A stretch of 64,000 nucleotides of DNA from Octopus sinensis (taxonomy: Eukaryota). Location of the stretch: the NCBI RefSeq assembly GCF_006345805.1, contig NC_043011.1:12152001-12216000 (forward strand), in the 5' to 3' direction. The translations under genes and the position numbers were made by a program. Numbering within the stretch: the stretch's first letter is position 1; each line of letters starts with the position of its first letter. Positions 36,383 to 48,147 of this stretch are shown here, piece by piece. The notes beneath the pieces were generated by a model. The model saw only the letters and a list, made by a program, of their open reading frames with translations, was not told where the DNA came from and did not search any database.

Positions 36383-37098
36383 TTAACCTTAAATAATCTC
36401 TCACTGAGCAGTTTTATGGTTGAATGTGTTTCAACCATTACATTATAATTTTTGTATAGCTAGCAATATACTGCTCAATGTTGCCTTCTTTTTTTTCTTT
36501 TTAAATTTGGTTGTATGTTATTTAAGGGAATTTAATTGCTATTTCTAGCAGGTCATGTGACCACATCTTAGGTGTAGTAATATTAATAAAATCCATACAA
36601 GTGGTGCTACAGTACAACTCTCTAACATAATATACAACTGCTAAAAAATGAAAGTGAGTGATGAGACTGCAACAGCTAAGGTAATATGCAACATTCTTGC
36701 TCCAATTGCTGCTCAAAGTTCTCAAGAAGAATACGGCTCTCAGAATTGATGGATTCACCTAAAAGAAAAATATAATGAAAAATGCTCATGTTGTTGATGA
36801 GGTTAGTCTCACAATCTTATATCATGTTCTCTTATAAGTAACTTTACTTCATTCAGCATTCTCTTTTTGATTATCTCTTATACTTCACTAAACAATTCAT
36901 TCAAACCATTTTCCTCAGAATTGCTGCTATCTGGAAATTTATCCATCTTAACATTTTCCCTACTGACATCAATATACAGAACTTGAAAATCTATTGCATC
37001 AGCCTCATCAATTTGCAAAGACTTACTAAGTTTATGAATGCTTCTTTCTTTCCCTCCCACCCAAAATTGTATTTTAAAACTTCAATAAGGCAAGAAGA

Positions 37099-37511
37099 AA
37101 ATTCTGATATATTTGGACAATAATAAAAGGTTTTTTTTAGAAAATTATGTTATGCTATGTCTTTAATGTAAGTCTTGGACACAACAAGGAGAATGAAGGG
37201 AGAAGAGGTAAGTGGGTAAGAAATGCCTGAGTAGAGGTGACATGAGGCCAATCAATTCTGTGGAGCAGAGGCCATTATAGCAGCAGTAGAGAGAAGACAC
37301 TATGGGCCAGAATCTGGAACATTTCTGTGAGTGACTTCATACCAATCGTGTGCCCTCTTCTAGATGCAGTCTAAGATGTCTGTGTGTTCAGCAGCTATAT
37401 TCTTACTCCAGTGTAGACTTCATGTGAGTCTTTGTAATATCAGGAATTGATTTTCTGATTATCGGATTGAAATTCAGTAGTTGCAAATATAAACGATTAT
37501 GTCGTTTGTAA
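37099..37511 (-). repeat. LINE-derived segment, copy 2 of the inverted pair
   Basis: Reverse complement of 28572-28995 with shared non-LINE flanks. Confidence 0.8.
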
Positions 37512-37580
37512 TACCTCTTTCTGAATCACTTTGTGCACAAAATGAAGATGTTTTAAACTGACTATATATATATATATATA

Positions 37581-37873
37581 TCACCGTGACCAACCAGGCT
37601 ATCAGATGTTGCTACACATCGCTGGTCACAATGCGCGTTGCATTGTTTTAGCCTTCAAATGACGCCACCCCGCTGGCTAAGCGAGCAGGCCGACAGAAGA
37701 AAGAGTGAGAGAAAGTTGCGGCGAAAGAGTACAGCAGGGTTCGCCACCACCACCCTGCCGGAGCCTCGTGGGGCTTTAGGTGTTTTCGCTCAATAAATGC
37801 CAGTCTGGGAATCGAAACCGCGATCATACCACTGCAAGTCCGCTGCCCTAACCACTGGGCTATTTCGCCTCCA
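37581..37873 (-). mobile_element. tRNA-derived SINE family D (full-length-looking)
   Basis: tcaccgtgacc..gaatcgaaaccgcgatc..ccctaaccactgggc; B-box GGTTTCGATTCC on minus; related copy at 57617-57899. Confidence 0.8.
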
Positions 37874-39037
37874 CTATATATATATATTCTGACTAGTTGT
37901 AATACCAATTCCTCCTAAAAATATAACTACCCTATAAGATTTGAATTCAGTTGTAAAACTGCTAAGCTATAATCTACAAGGCAGCTAATCTGGCATTCTA
38001 CCATTTCTATCTCTTACTCTCCTCTCAGTCTCCAAGAGATGTTGAGAATGTGAGGTAGAGACAGACAGAGACCATTCTCAACATGGGGATAATTTAATGA
38101 AAAAATATACTTATTTAACCATTAAATAACTGAAAACCTTTCAAACATAGAAAATTTTATTCTGAACTAAAACCCTTATATTTACAAATTTAAAGCTACC
38201 CCTCCATAACCTAATGTAACTGCCCTGTATGAATTTTCAATAGTAATCTTCACAGAAAAAAATGTAAGCTTTGTATCTGGAACTTCCATATATTTTTGAG
38301 ATTTTTATTTAATATTAATACCAGAAAAAGTATATTTTTTACTTAATAAGTGCCATTACTCTCAGATAAAGCACCAATCTCTGTGGTTAACCTTATACTT
38401 AGAGCATAAATTACTACTGAGGTTTTTAGTAATTTTCTGGCTATCATGTACAGTGTTGTTAAAGGAAAGTGCTATATTCCACTTCAGAAAATCTCAATAC
38501 ATTACTGCTTCAACCAATGTGGTTGACATCCATCTTATGCAGGCTGATGCAGTCTATCATTAGTAATTGGCAATGTTATGGTCATTAACTACTACTTGTG
38601 TATTAATAAATAGCATGGCTTTATATCTTACTGACTTTGTGTAACATAAATTTTAAATCTGAAACTGACCTTCATCTCATGGCATGCTCAAAGCATAGAA
38701 TAAATACTAATTATGACACAGCTTTCCTCAAAGCTCCGCATCCATAAGTCAATCAGTTACTTGTTACTAAGTCTGAACTGATGATAGATGTCTATCTTAA
38801 GCAGAAATTTGGTTCCTTTGCTTTTATAAATTACCATTTTGTCATTAATTTTAAAAATGTGTATTCTTTTTGCATTATAAAAGCAACAGCATTGAAACAT
38901 TGTCACTTTGAAATCACTGTCACCTCTCCTCTTGTAAAAGTTTAATAAGCATTAAGTAATATGAATAATATTGAGTAATTTGTCAGTTTAATTTTAAGTT
39001 GTTTTTATATAAAATTTGACATACAAACAAAAGATTA

Positions 39038-39105
<68 letters not shown>

Positions 39106-39888
39106 TGTGTGTGTGTACTGGGAGGGAATGAAGAAGAAATAAAATTAGTTGTAACTTCACTTGTGGCATTCAATTGCCACATCCTCTGTAAATTATATAA
39201 CTGTGCTAACTTTCATACTCAAAACAGCATCACAACTTTGACCAGCCAAATTAAGGAACTTGACCAAAGTAACTAAAATTATATATCCGCTGCCTCTCAG
39301 ATCATGCAGCATTTCAGTATTATATGTATCTAATATAGAACGTAGAAAAAAACCTGTAACATTACACGTAGAATTCAAACGCAGCATCTGCTGTAAACAG
39401 TGCTGTGCTAATCACTACATCAACAGCAACATCACAACTTTGCCTGTCCAAATAAAGAAACTTAACCTAAGTAGCTAAGATTATATATGAGCAGCTTGTC
39501 AACAGAGATCTTAGTCCACATAGTATTGAAGTAAGGTGTTGTATATTTCTAACATACAAGACAATATATTTTATATATGTATGTATGTATAATTATTATT
39601 ATAGTATTGTTGTTGTTGGCTGCGTCTCGTGTTTCCGAGCTTGCAGTCCAGTTCATTTTTCTGGGTGTTTGAACTGCAGATGGCTCCGCAATCCAAGGGT
39701 TGCATGAAACATACGGGGACATTGTGGACAAGGGATAGAAGGAGCTGGTTTGGAAAGGAGAAGGTGCTGCTTTCTCTCCCATCTCTTGAGTTCAGCTCTT
39801 GCAACAGTATATATATCTGTGTGTGTATGTATATATATATATAGTAAAAAAAATTCCAGGCCGATATCATTAAAGCAAATATAGTATA

Positions 39889-39925
<37 letters not shown>

Positions 39926-39938
39926 TAGGAGGACTATT

Positions 39939-39984
<46 letters not shown>

Positions 39985-40345
39985 TCCTCCTATATTTATG
40001 TTTTTTTTAGTCTTTCGCTTGTATTTCTAACCACACATGAGAATAACTCACCCAGCGATATATAATCTTAATATTTTGTGACCATTATGATAATATTAAC
40101 CCAGAATGCATTGTCAAAATCCAAATACTTGTAAAAGTTAACTAAGCATGTACTCTACTAAATAATATATAGTAATGGGTCCCCAGCATGGTCACAGCCT
40201 CTAGGCTGAGACACATAAAAGAATAAATACTAATGTGATACATGTCATTGATATTTGCATAATTGATTAGTGTTTTGTTATTTGTGATTGCTTAGCATTG
40301 ACTAATTATGAGACTTGTTCCACTATATTATCTATATTGAACTTT

Positions 40346-40376
<31 letters not shown>

Positions 40377-40435
40377 TTCAGATTTGTTCATATACATACC
40401 TATTACTGATCTTATATATATATATGTGCATGCAT

Positions 40436-40489
<54 letters not shown>

Positions 40490-40624
40490 GTCATCATAAG
40501 TTTAAATGATTGTACAAATATCTGACAGCTTCATAATTTTATGATTCATGAAATGAATGAATTAAATCTGTTTTAGTTATTCTCCATTAAATATTCTATA
40601 AAAGCCTATTAGTTATATGCTGCT

Positions 40625-40950
40625 ATCTATCTATCTATCTATCCGCTCAGTCGAAGTCGACTCTCGGTTACTCATTGGATCAGTGTCCTCCAGTCAGTTC
40701 TATCCTGGGCCGCTTCTTTCAGATTGGCTATGTCCATTCTGGTATCCCTCTTGATAGTGTGAAGCCAGCGGGTTCTTGGTCGGCCTCTTCCTCTCTTGCC
40801 ACTGACCATTCCGAGCATGATGTCCTTCTCCAGGGATTTTCTCCACATAACATGACTGAAATATGCCAATCTATGCTTGGTGATCCTAGCTTCTAGCGAC
40901 ATTTTTGGCCTGATCTTCTTAAGAACTTCTCCATTGGTTATATGCTGCAA
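40625..40950 (-). mobile_element. RTE-BovB-like LINE 3' end with (GATA)n tail
   Basis: RLAYFSHVMWRKSLEKDIMLGMVSGKRGRGRPRTRW..AAQDRTDWR. Confidence 0.85.
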
Positions 40951-41562
40951 TATCTTTTATTTCAGAGTGCATTACTTTTCATTTAATGTATAGAACTCTA
41001 AGCTTGATGCATTCAGAAACAGATGCGACAATATTATTAACAGGTTAATATCTATTAAGATACACTTTTTGCTCAGTGACTTTGCAAAACATCAGAATGT
41101 GAAATGGAATAGTGCTAGCTGGTTGAAAAGGGAATTTGTTTCCAATATTCTTTGATCACACTTAGCAAATTACCAAAATCTAATTTTCTCCAAGTTTTGA
41201 TGTCTTAATCAACTTCATTCCAGATATATTCTAATCACAGACGATCCATTTGAACGTACATTAGATTATCACAGATATCATGAATTCATTGAGAATTATG
41301 GAACTGAATAAAATTTACAATTTTTCTTATTTGTGTTTTAAATTTATGTCATTCTGAAAGTTTAAAACTATGGAATACTTCTGAAGAAATAATAAAATTA
41401 AATAAGGACATTATCAAGCAAATTTTTATCAGTCATTATTACTTTTATTAATTTTTTTATATTACTATATGTATTGATTATCAGTTTTCTTTGAAAACTC
41501 AGAAAGTATCAAAAATCAAAAAAATTGTTCAGTAGTAGCAACAGTGTATATATATGTATATA

Positions 41563-41775
41563 TAGTTAATCCAAACATGAAAACACAAAGAGAAAACACA
41601 ACAACGTGAGGATGTGGAACAAGTATAGTGTTATTGGACGCTCCGGAAAGGAAAGAAAGAAGGAGGATTTAACGTTTCGAGCGAAGCTCTTCGTCAGAAA
41701 CTTAGGAAAAGGAAAGATCCAAGGAAGGGAAGACAGAGGAAAAAAATCGCCAACGATACACATTTTGAATGATAT
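41563..41775 (-). mobile_element. Short (TA)n-flanked repeat carrying a hammerhead motif
   Basis: Bounded by TA tracts; contains the motif at 41667-41701. Confidence 0.5.
41667..41701 (-). ncRNA. Minimal type I hammerhead ribozyme motif, intact core
   Basis: GUUU-CUGACGA-A-GAGC-uuc-GCUC-GAAAC-GUU-AAAU; activity untested. Confidence 0.65.
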
Positions 41776-41821
41776 ATATGTAAAGTAAAAGGGATTAAAA
41801 ATTCCAGGCAGATATCATTAA

Positions 41822-42042
41822 CCCTTTAGCATTTAAATCGGCCATATCCAGCCAAAAGTATTCTGCCTGTTTTATGTTCAAACTGGCCAGATCTGGTCTC
41901 TCACACCAACCCTACAATATCGTTTTAAAAATTAACAGCTACCTCATCAAAATCTCATAGCTACAAGATAATGCATGATTTGTTCAAAACAATGTGGATG
42001 AAAAAGCATTAATTTTGGCAGAATAATGCAAACACTAAAGGG
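41822..42042. mobile_element. piggyBac-type MITE
   Basis: TTAA|CCCTTTAG...CTAAAGGG|TTAA. Confidence 0.85.
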
Positions 42043-42759
42043 TTAAAGCACTTTAATGAACTTGGTTAACTATATCCAAGAGTAATAAATGCAAGTAGAA
42101 AAAAGCATCCAAGACAATCCTTCATGTGTGATAAGTCAGTCTACATATTGAGAAGAGTTCCAAGAAATTTGGTGTATAAGACAACAAAAATAAGAATGGA
42201 GAAATACACATCTTTAATTGGTGACTACACCATACAATACTAATGAAGGTTTCTGCTGTGTCAACATATTTAGATACTGAAAATATCAGTCAAATTAATA
42301 AATCCAAAAGTACATGTTAGCACAATATTATCAAGACAACCCAAAATTGGTTAAATTAAGAAGGAACTAGGAAAATATCTCTTGTAGATGAACACCTACA
42401 TAAAGAACATTAAGAAGAAATATAATATTCTAAGAAAAGCCAGTTTAGTATGTAACTTGTGATGACATCAGTTGATAGTGAAAGAATAAAAAATAAACAT
42501 GAATTCTATGTTACAATAATTAGAAACATAGAAATTCTACATCACAATTATTTATCTATTAAATATGCTAAACATTTTTAGAAAAATTCTGCATATTATA
42601 TTTTGTGAAAAGCAATTATAATTAATGGGTTATTTAGAATTGAAATATTTAAACACTTTTCTATATTTGTGAATGTAAAATTACCTTCATAATTTAATAA
42701 ATATTAATTTAAAAGTAATTATATAATACATTTCTTCAAAGCAAAGATCACATTTTAAA

Positions 42760-43461
42760 TTACCAGTGAAAGGAAGATTGTATGAGACATGTATACAAAC
42801 AGTAATTCTACTTGGTAGTGAGATGTGGGCCCAAAATGTAGAGGACATCTGAAGACTAGAGAGGAATAAGGTAGTATGCTCTGCTGGATGTGCAGTGTAA
42901 GTGTATATGTGCAATAGAGTGCTAGTATACTGAGAGAAAAAAGTTAGGTGTAAGAGGAATGAGATGCAATGTGCAAGAGAAAATACTGCACTAGTTTGGG
43001 AATTAGGCAGATGCATGTTGACAGTTCCATGAAGAAGTGCTGATCACTTAAAGTGGATGGAACTCATGGAGGAGGGAGACTCAGGAAGACATGGGACAAA
43101 GTACTGATGAACAACCTTGTGGAGGAGATGACAAAGGACCAAGATACCTGGTGCCTTGCTGTACTCAAGAAGAGGTGTCCTCCACAGCAGAAGTGTTAAT
43201 GCAGTTCTCCTTGATGAAGAGGGTTGGCTTGCAAGAGCCCTGTTCTGGTACCACATAAAAAGCACTTGTGATAACGCCACATAGAAGCACACGTGCCAGA
43301 GCCACATTAAAAGTACCCAACACACACTGTAAAGTGATTGGTGTTAGGAAGAACATTCAGCTGTAGAGACCAATCAGATTGGAACCTGGTGCAGCTATTC
43401 TACTTGCCAGCTTTAGACAAACTGTCCAACCCATGCTAGCATCATGATGATGATGATGTGT
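42760..43461 (+). mobile_element. Decayed RTE LINE 3' region ending in the family B tail
   Basis: FKLPVKGRLYETCIQTVILLGSEMW.. followed by ccatgctagcatc(atg)n; suggests family B shares its tail with an RTE. Confidence 0.75.
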
Positions 43462-43542
43462 GTGTATGTTAGCAATTACTGAGATAAGCAAATAAGGCAC
43501 ATCACGTATTAAATATATGAAGTACATCAAATACAAAATATG

Positions 43543-43790
43543 TATCATCATCATCATCATCATCGTTTAACGTCCGTTCTCCATGCTAGCACGGGTTGGA
43601 CGGTTCAACCAGGAATTGGGAAGCCATATGGCTGCAACAGGCTCCAATCTGATCTGGCAGAGTTTCTACAGCTGGATGCCCTTCCTAACGCCAACCACTC
43701 CGTAAGTGTAGTGGGTGCTTTCTATGTGCCAGGCGAGGCTGGCAATGGCCACGATCGGATTGGTGCTTTTTACGTGCCACCGGCTGCTAT
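43543..43790 (-). mobile_element. RTE-tail SINE family B
   Basis: (cat)n-cgtttaacgtccg..ccatgctagcacgggttggacgg. Confidence 0.8.
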
Positions 43791-44599
43791 TAATGCAGAA
43801 TGAGAGAAAGCAGAAGTTGGAAACTTTGAGATGATGCATTTATATGTATAAATAGGTCCAATTTACACAGAGTACAAATGACAGAGAAATTTAAAGGGGT
43901 GGAAGAAAGGTATTATATGTCCAACAACTATTTCTGGAGACTCGGTGATGCATAATAATGTTGGTAAATCTAGTCTATCACAAAATGCAGCCTTATAGGT
44001 GCATTTAACATAGGGTGAGATGAGCCTCCTTCATCAGGGTAGAGAGGATCTTACATTTCAGATTTTAATGCAGAGAAGTTGGACTTGCATAAGTATACAT
44101 ATAAGTTATATCAGGACCCATGATAATTACAATCCTCAATGTTTACAATAACAGTATTTCGTATTATAAATCTTCTTTGTTTGCCCATGTTTACTATCCT
44201 GTCCACTTTTTACTTTTTTTCCTCTCTTTTCTTCAAAACAAACAATATATTGTAATTGAAAAGAAACCTCTCTCTCTATGTTTTTTTTCGCTTTCTTTGC
44301 TTTTCTTTTTTGCTTGTCCTTATCTTTTTCTCTTTCTCCAAAAACACACAAAAATTTTTTTCTTTTAAACAAAGCAAAAAATTGAACTGCACTCTTCAAA
44401 ACTTGCCCTAAGAATAAGGACAAGGTAAAATTACTACCTGCTTTTATAGCAAGTTGATGCTGGTAGTTTTATTTTTGGATCTTCTATGTATATGAAGAGT
44501 TTTCCTCTGTATAATGACTTGACGGGTCTGTATGACTTGATCTTGAAAGAGTGTAATTCCAGATATAAGCATGAAAGCAAAAATGCTTTAGTAGAGATT

Positions 44600-46330
44600 A
44601 ATGATAGTCATCTAGATATCATCTCTAGTTTGTCTCTTGAAGAACTATAAGTTTGATATTTTATCAAAACCTTCGATTAGATTAATCTGCCCAAGTCCAA
44701 TTTGGGCAGAATTAGTAAATATATTATCGATTGGATTATTCCCATCATGAGGGATAAGATTCAGCTTCCCTTGTGGAATTTTACTGGAGACGTTATCCTA
44801 TGATTTAACTCCCTTACTGATAGGCCTAATTTAGACTTTATCCAATTTGATATATCAAATTATTACATTTCCATATCCCCTATATTGCTAAATAGGGCTT
44901 TAATTTTTGCTCGGAAATTTGCGAATATCCCTAGTTCGGATATTGATTTAATTTTAGTAGCAAGGGTGACCCTCATCCTTTTCAATGAGCGTAATTGGCA
45001 GAGGGCTGATTCCACCAATTTCTTTGATATTACTATGGGGTCATTGGATTCAGCACAGGTGACCAATTTAGTGGACCTGTACCTGAGTGGCCCTCATGCC
45101 AGTGGCACGTTAAAGCACCCACTACACTCTTGGAGTGGTTGGCATTAGGAAGGGCATCCAGCTGTAGAAACTCTGCCAGATCAGATTGGAGCCTGTTGCA
45201 GCCATCTGGTTTGCCAGTCCTCAGTCAAATTGTCCAACCCATGCCAGCATGGAAAGTGGACGTTAAACAATGATGATGATGATGATTAACTCTTTCAGTA
45301 ATCATTTTAAGACTGTTACAAGGAACTGAGTTAGGAATATTTCACTTAGACTTTGCCAATGTTGATATCTTCAACAATAAAGCTGAATTTTATAACTCTG
45401 CCTTACTTAAAACAGGCTATAAAAAAAATTACCTATAATAATCCTATTGACATTAATTCTACCTCTATTAATCAGGACATGAAATCCAGTCATAATGATA
45501 ATAACAATTTAAATTTTTGTTTGAATAACAACAATAAATTGAGTAATGTAATTCTGCAGCGTAAGGCAGATAACTGTCCTTTAAGACCCTTTTTTGTTAT
45601 AAAGGTACATCTAGGATTTTTAAAGATAATTACCCTAATAACAAGGTATGTCCTAGCAAAACTTTTTGGTTGATAATTCCATATGGTAAGCAAATCAAAT
45701 CCAACCTCCCTTACCAGTTTCATGAAGCTATAGATAAGAATTTCCCCAAAAATTCAAGATACTATTCCATTATAAGTTCACACCAAATCAGGATAGGGTT
45801 TTCAAACACCAAAAACTTTTCACAAATCATCTCTTCACATAACAATAAGTTATTAAATACAAATCCACTTAATGAAAATAATAACATTGATATTATTAAC
45901 ACTAGTCGTTCTTTGAACAATGATAGCAACAATATTAGTATTTCTGATATAAATTCCAATCACATTTGTTACCTTAGCAGTAATTCTAAGACTAGAAACT
46001 CTGTTTATCAATGTAAAATTACTTCTGGCTGTGATGTCTTTTTTTTTACATAGGTAGTTATTCTTTCTCAGTTGTCCAAAAAGAATATTTAACCATTTCT
46101 CTACATTTAGACATATCAATAAATGTAACAGTACTGGGCTTAGTAAATTAATTTGGTCTCTAAAGGAACATAATAAACAATTTGATTTGGAATGAATATT
46201 CTATCTTTGTCCTTTCTTTATGATAAAGGTAAATCTTTTTGTTTGCTCTGTAACAATGAACAGAGAATACTGTTGTAAACACATTTAAAGAACGCGTTTA
46301 TTGTTGCAAAAACATACCTTTAGTTCCTAT
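44600..46330 (+). mobile_element. Penelope-like element remnant: RT plus C-terminal GIY-YIG endonuclease, with a family B SINE at 45087-45287
   Basis: FIQFDISNYYISIS..FDITMGSLDSAQVTNLVDLYL; IDKNFPKNS..SQIISSHNNKLL; SVYQCKIT..YIG; FNHFSTF..NSTGLSKLIWSLK..CLLC. Confidence 0.82.
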
Positions 46331-46760
46331 AAGTGATTTCTACCAATCTATAAAATTCGATCTTTAACTGTCTTTTTACATTTCACTTCCACTAAATATA
46401 TCTATTTCCGCACCATTAATCTTTATTCCTATTCATTTATCACTATATTTCTCTACTTTTAGTTTTTTTTGATAATTTCTTTCTTCCTCCTCCTTCTCTT
46501 TCTATAAATTGCTTTTGATGTTATATCTATTAAGTTTTTTTTTAAAAATGACTTACCAGCATTCCCTTCATCATATATGCAGTAATCATATTTGGTTAAA
46601 ATGTCTTATTGATGCATTTTGTTTCTCATTGTTTTTCCTGGTGAGAAGATTGCATTGTTTTACATCATTTTATTCCTTCTGCAATAATACCAATGTTTTC
46701 TTGAAACATATGTAGGAAGTATAAAGATTTGAATAACACTTGTGTATAACTCCATTTATT

Positions 46761-46815
<55 letters not shown>

Positions 46816-46820
46816 TGTAT

Positions 46821-46920
46821 NNNNNNNNNNNNNNNNNNNNNNNNNNNNNNNNNNNNNNNNNNNNNNNNNNNNNNNNNNNNNNNNNNNNNNNNNNNNNNNN
46901 NNNNNNNNNNNNNNNNNNNN
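46821..46920. other. Assembly gap (100 N)
   Basis: Run of n directly after a (TA)n tract. Confidence 1.
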
Positions 46921-47269
46921 CTACCATCAAGGGATGTCGAAAGATCGATCTTCGTACTTATTTTAAGTCTTGTACTAAATTCTATCAAACACCTTTTCGA
47001 ACCGCTAGGTTGTCAAGTGGTGGGGGAACACAGGCACAAAAAACATGCAGACACACACACACACACATGATGGGCTGGTGAAAATTTCCTAAATTCCTGG
47101 CTTTGGCTAAGAGAAAATACTGGAGGATCAGTTAATTATGATTTTATTCAGCTTATTCTCCTCTCAGATTCACACACTTATCGCAGTGGTCCTTCAGTTT
47201 TTCTAAGCTCTGCAAAAGACATCGGAACGTTGGGTCTCTAACTATGCCTTCGCGACGCCCTTGAAGTCG

Positions 47270-47581
47270 AGAGTTTTCACTCTTTGAATTTTTGTGCCTT
47301 GTTCAAATCTGCATTGCCGTTAGTAATTTTTTTAGAGAACTCCCTCACAAATGCACATTGCACAGTCTTATTCGACTGTGTTCGAACATACTCTAACACA
47401 CAAAACGCCTTTTCTCTTCCAGTGAATGCCGTTTCTATACCTGAAAAGATAAACTTATCAAACATTAAGCATGAAACTTTTACCTGTTTCTACAAATGCT
47501 GTGAGAATGTGAAGTCATTTGAACAAGAACTGACAAAGTTATTAGATTGCAAAATGATATCAAATTTTTTGAAACACCCTG
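47270..47581 (-). mobile_element. Tc1/mariner-superfamily 5' fragment with TIR
   Basis: TA|CAGGGTGTTTCAAAAAA at 47581-83 on minus; AFTGREKAFCVLEYVRTQSNKTVQCAFVREF. Confidence 0.7.
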
Positions 47582-47611
47582 TATGTATGTATGTATGTAT
47601 GTATGTATGTG

Positions 47612-47649
<38 letters not shown>

Positions 47650-47814
47650 TATTTGTAAAAAATGAAGTTCGAAAATGCTGCTATATTATACAATTTTTAA
47701 TTTTTATATCAAATGTGAGGATAAAATTCTTTTCGAAAAAAATATTCTCTCGAAAAACATTTTTTATCAATGGCCAGCATATTAAAAATACCTTTAACGG
47801 TTAAATTTATAAAC

Positions 47815-47949
47815 AATTCATAAATGAGGCAAAGGAAAAAATTTCTAATCTAATGCCAAATATGCCGAAAAGTTGGTAATGGACAATATGTCCAATTTTT
47901 CGGCATATTTGGCATTAGAAATTTTTTCCTTTGCCCTCATTTATGAATT
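47815..47949. repeat. 135-bp near-perfect palindrome
   Basis: Arms aattcataaatgag..tatgccgaaaa..ttgg..ggaca and tgtcc..ttttcggcata..ctcatttatgaatt around a 3-nt loop at 47886-88. Confidence 0.9.
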
Positions 47950-47974
47950 ATATATATATACACACACATACACG

Positions 47975-48147
47975 TACACAAGTATATACTATGGGCTTCA
48001 CACGATTTCCGTTTGCCAAATTTCCACTCAAGACATTAGTCGCCCCGTGGCTAAAGTAGAAGGTATTTGCCCTAGGCGCTACACAGTAGCATTGAACCCG
48101 AAACCATACACTTGTAAATCGAGCTTCTAACCACACAGCTATGCCTG
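47975..48147 (-). mobile_element. SINE family A head (diverged)
   Basis: gggcttcacacgatttccgttt..atttccactcaag..gaacccgaaaccat..ttctaaccacacagc. Confidence 0.6.

Larger units (their letters stand above)
36676..38289 (-). other. Candidate phase-compatible exons of an unidentified gene or pseudogene
   Basis: 38186-38247 (AG/GT) joins in frame to an exon starting at 37079; possible last exon 36676-36758; no family recognised. Confidence 0.3.
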
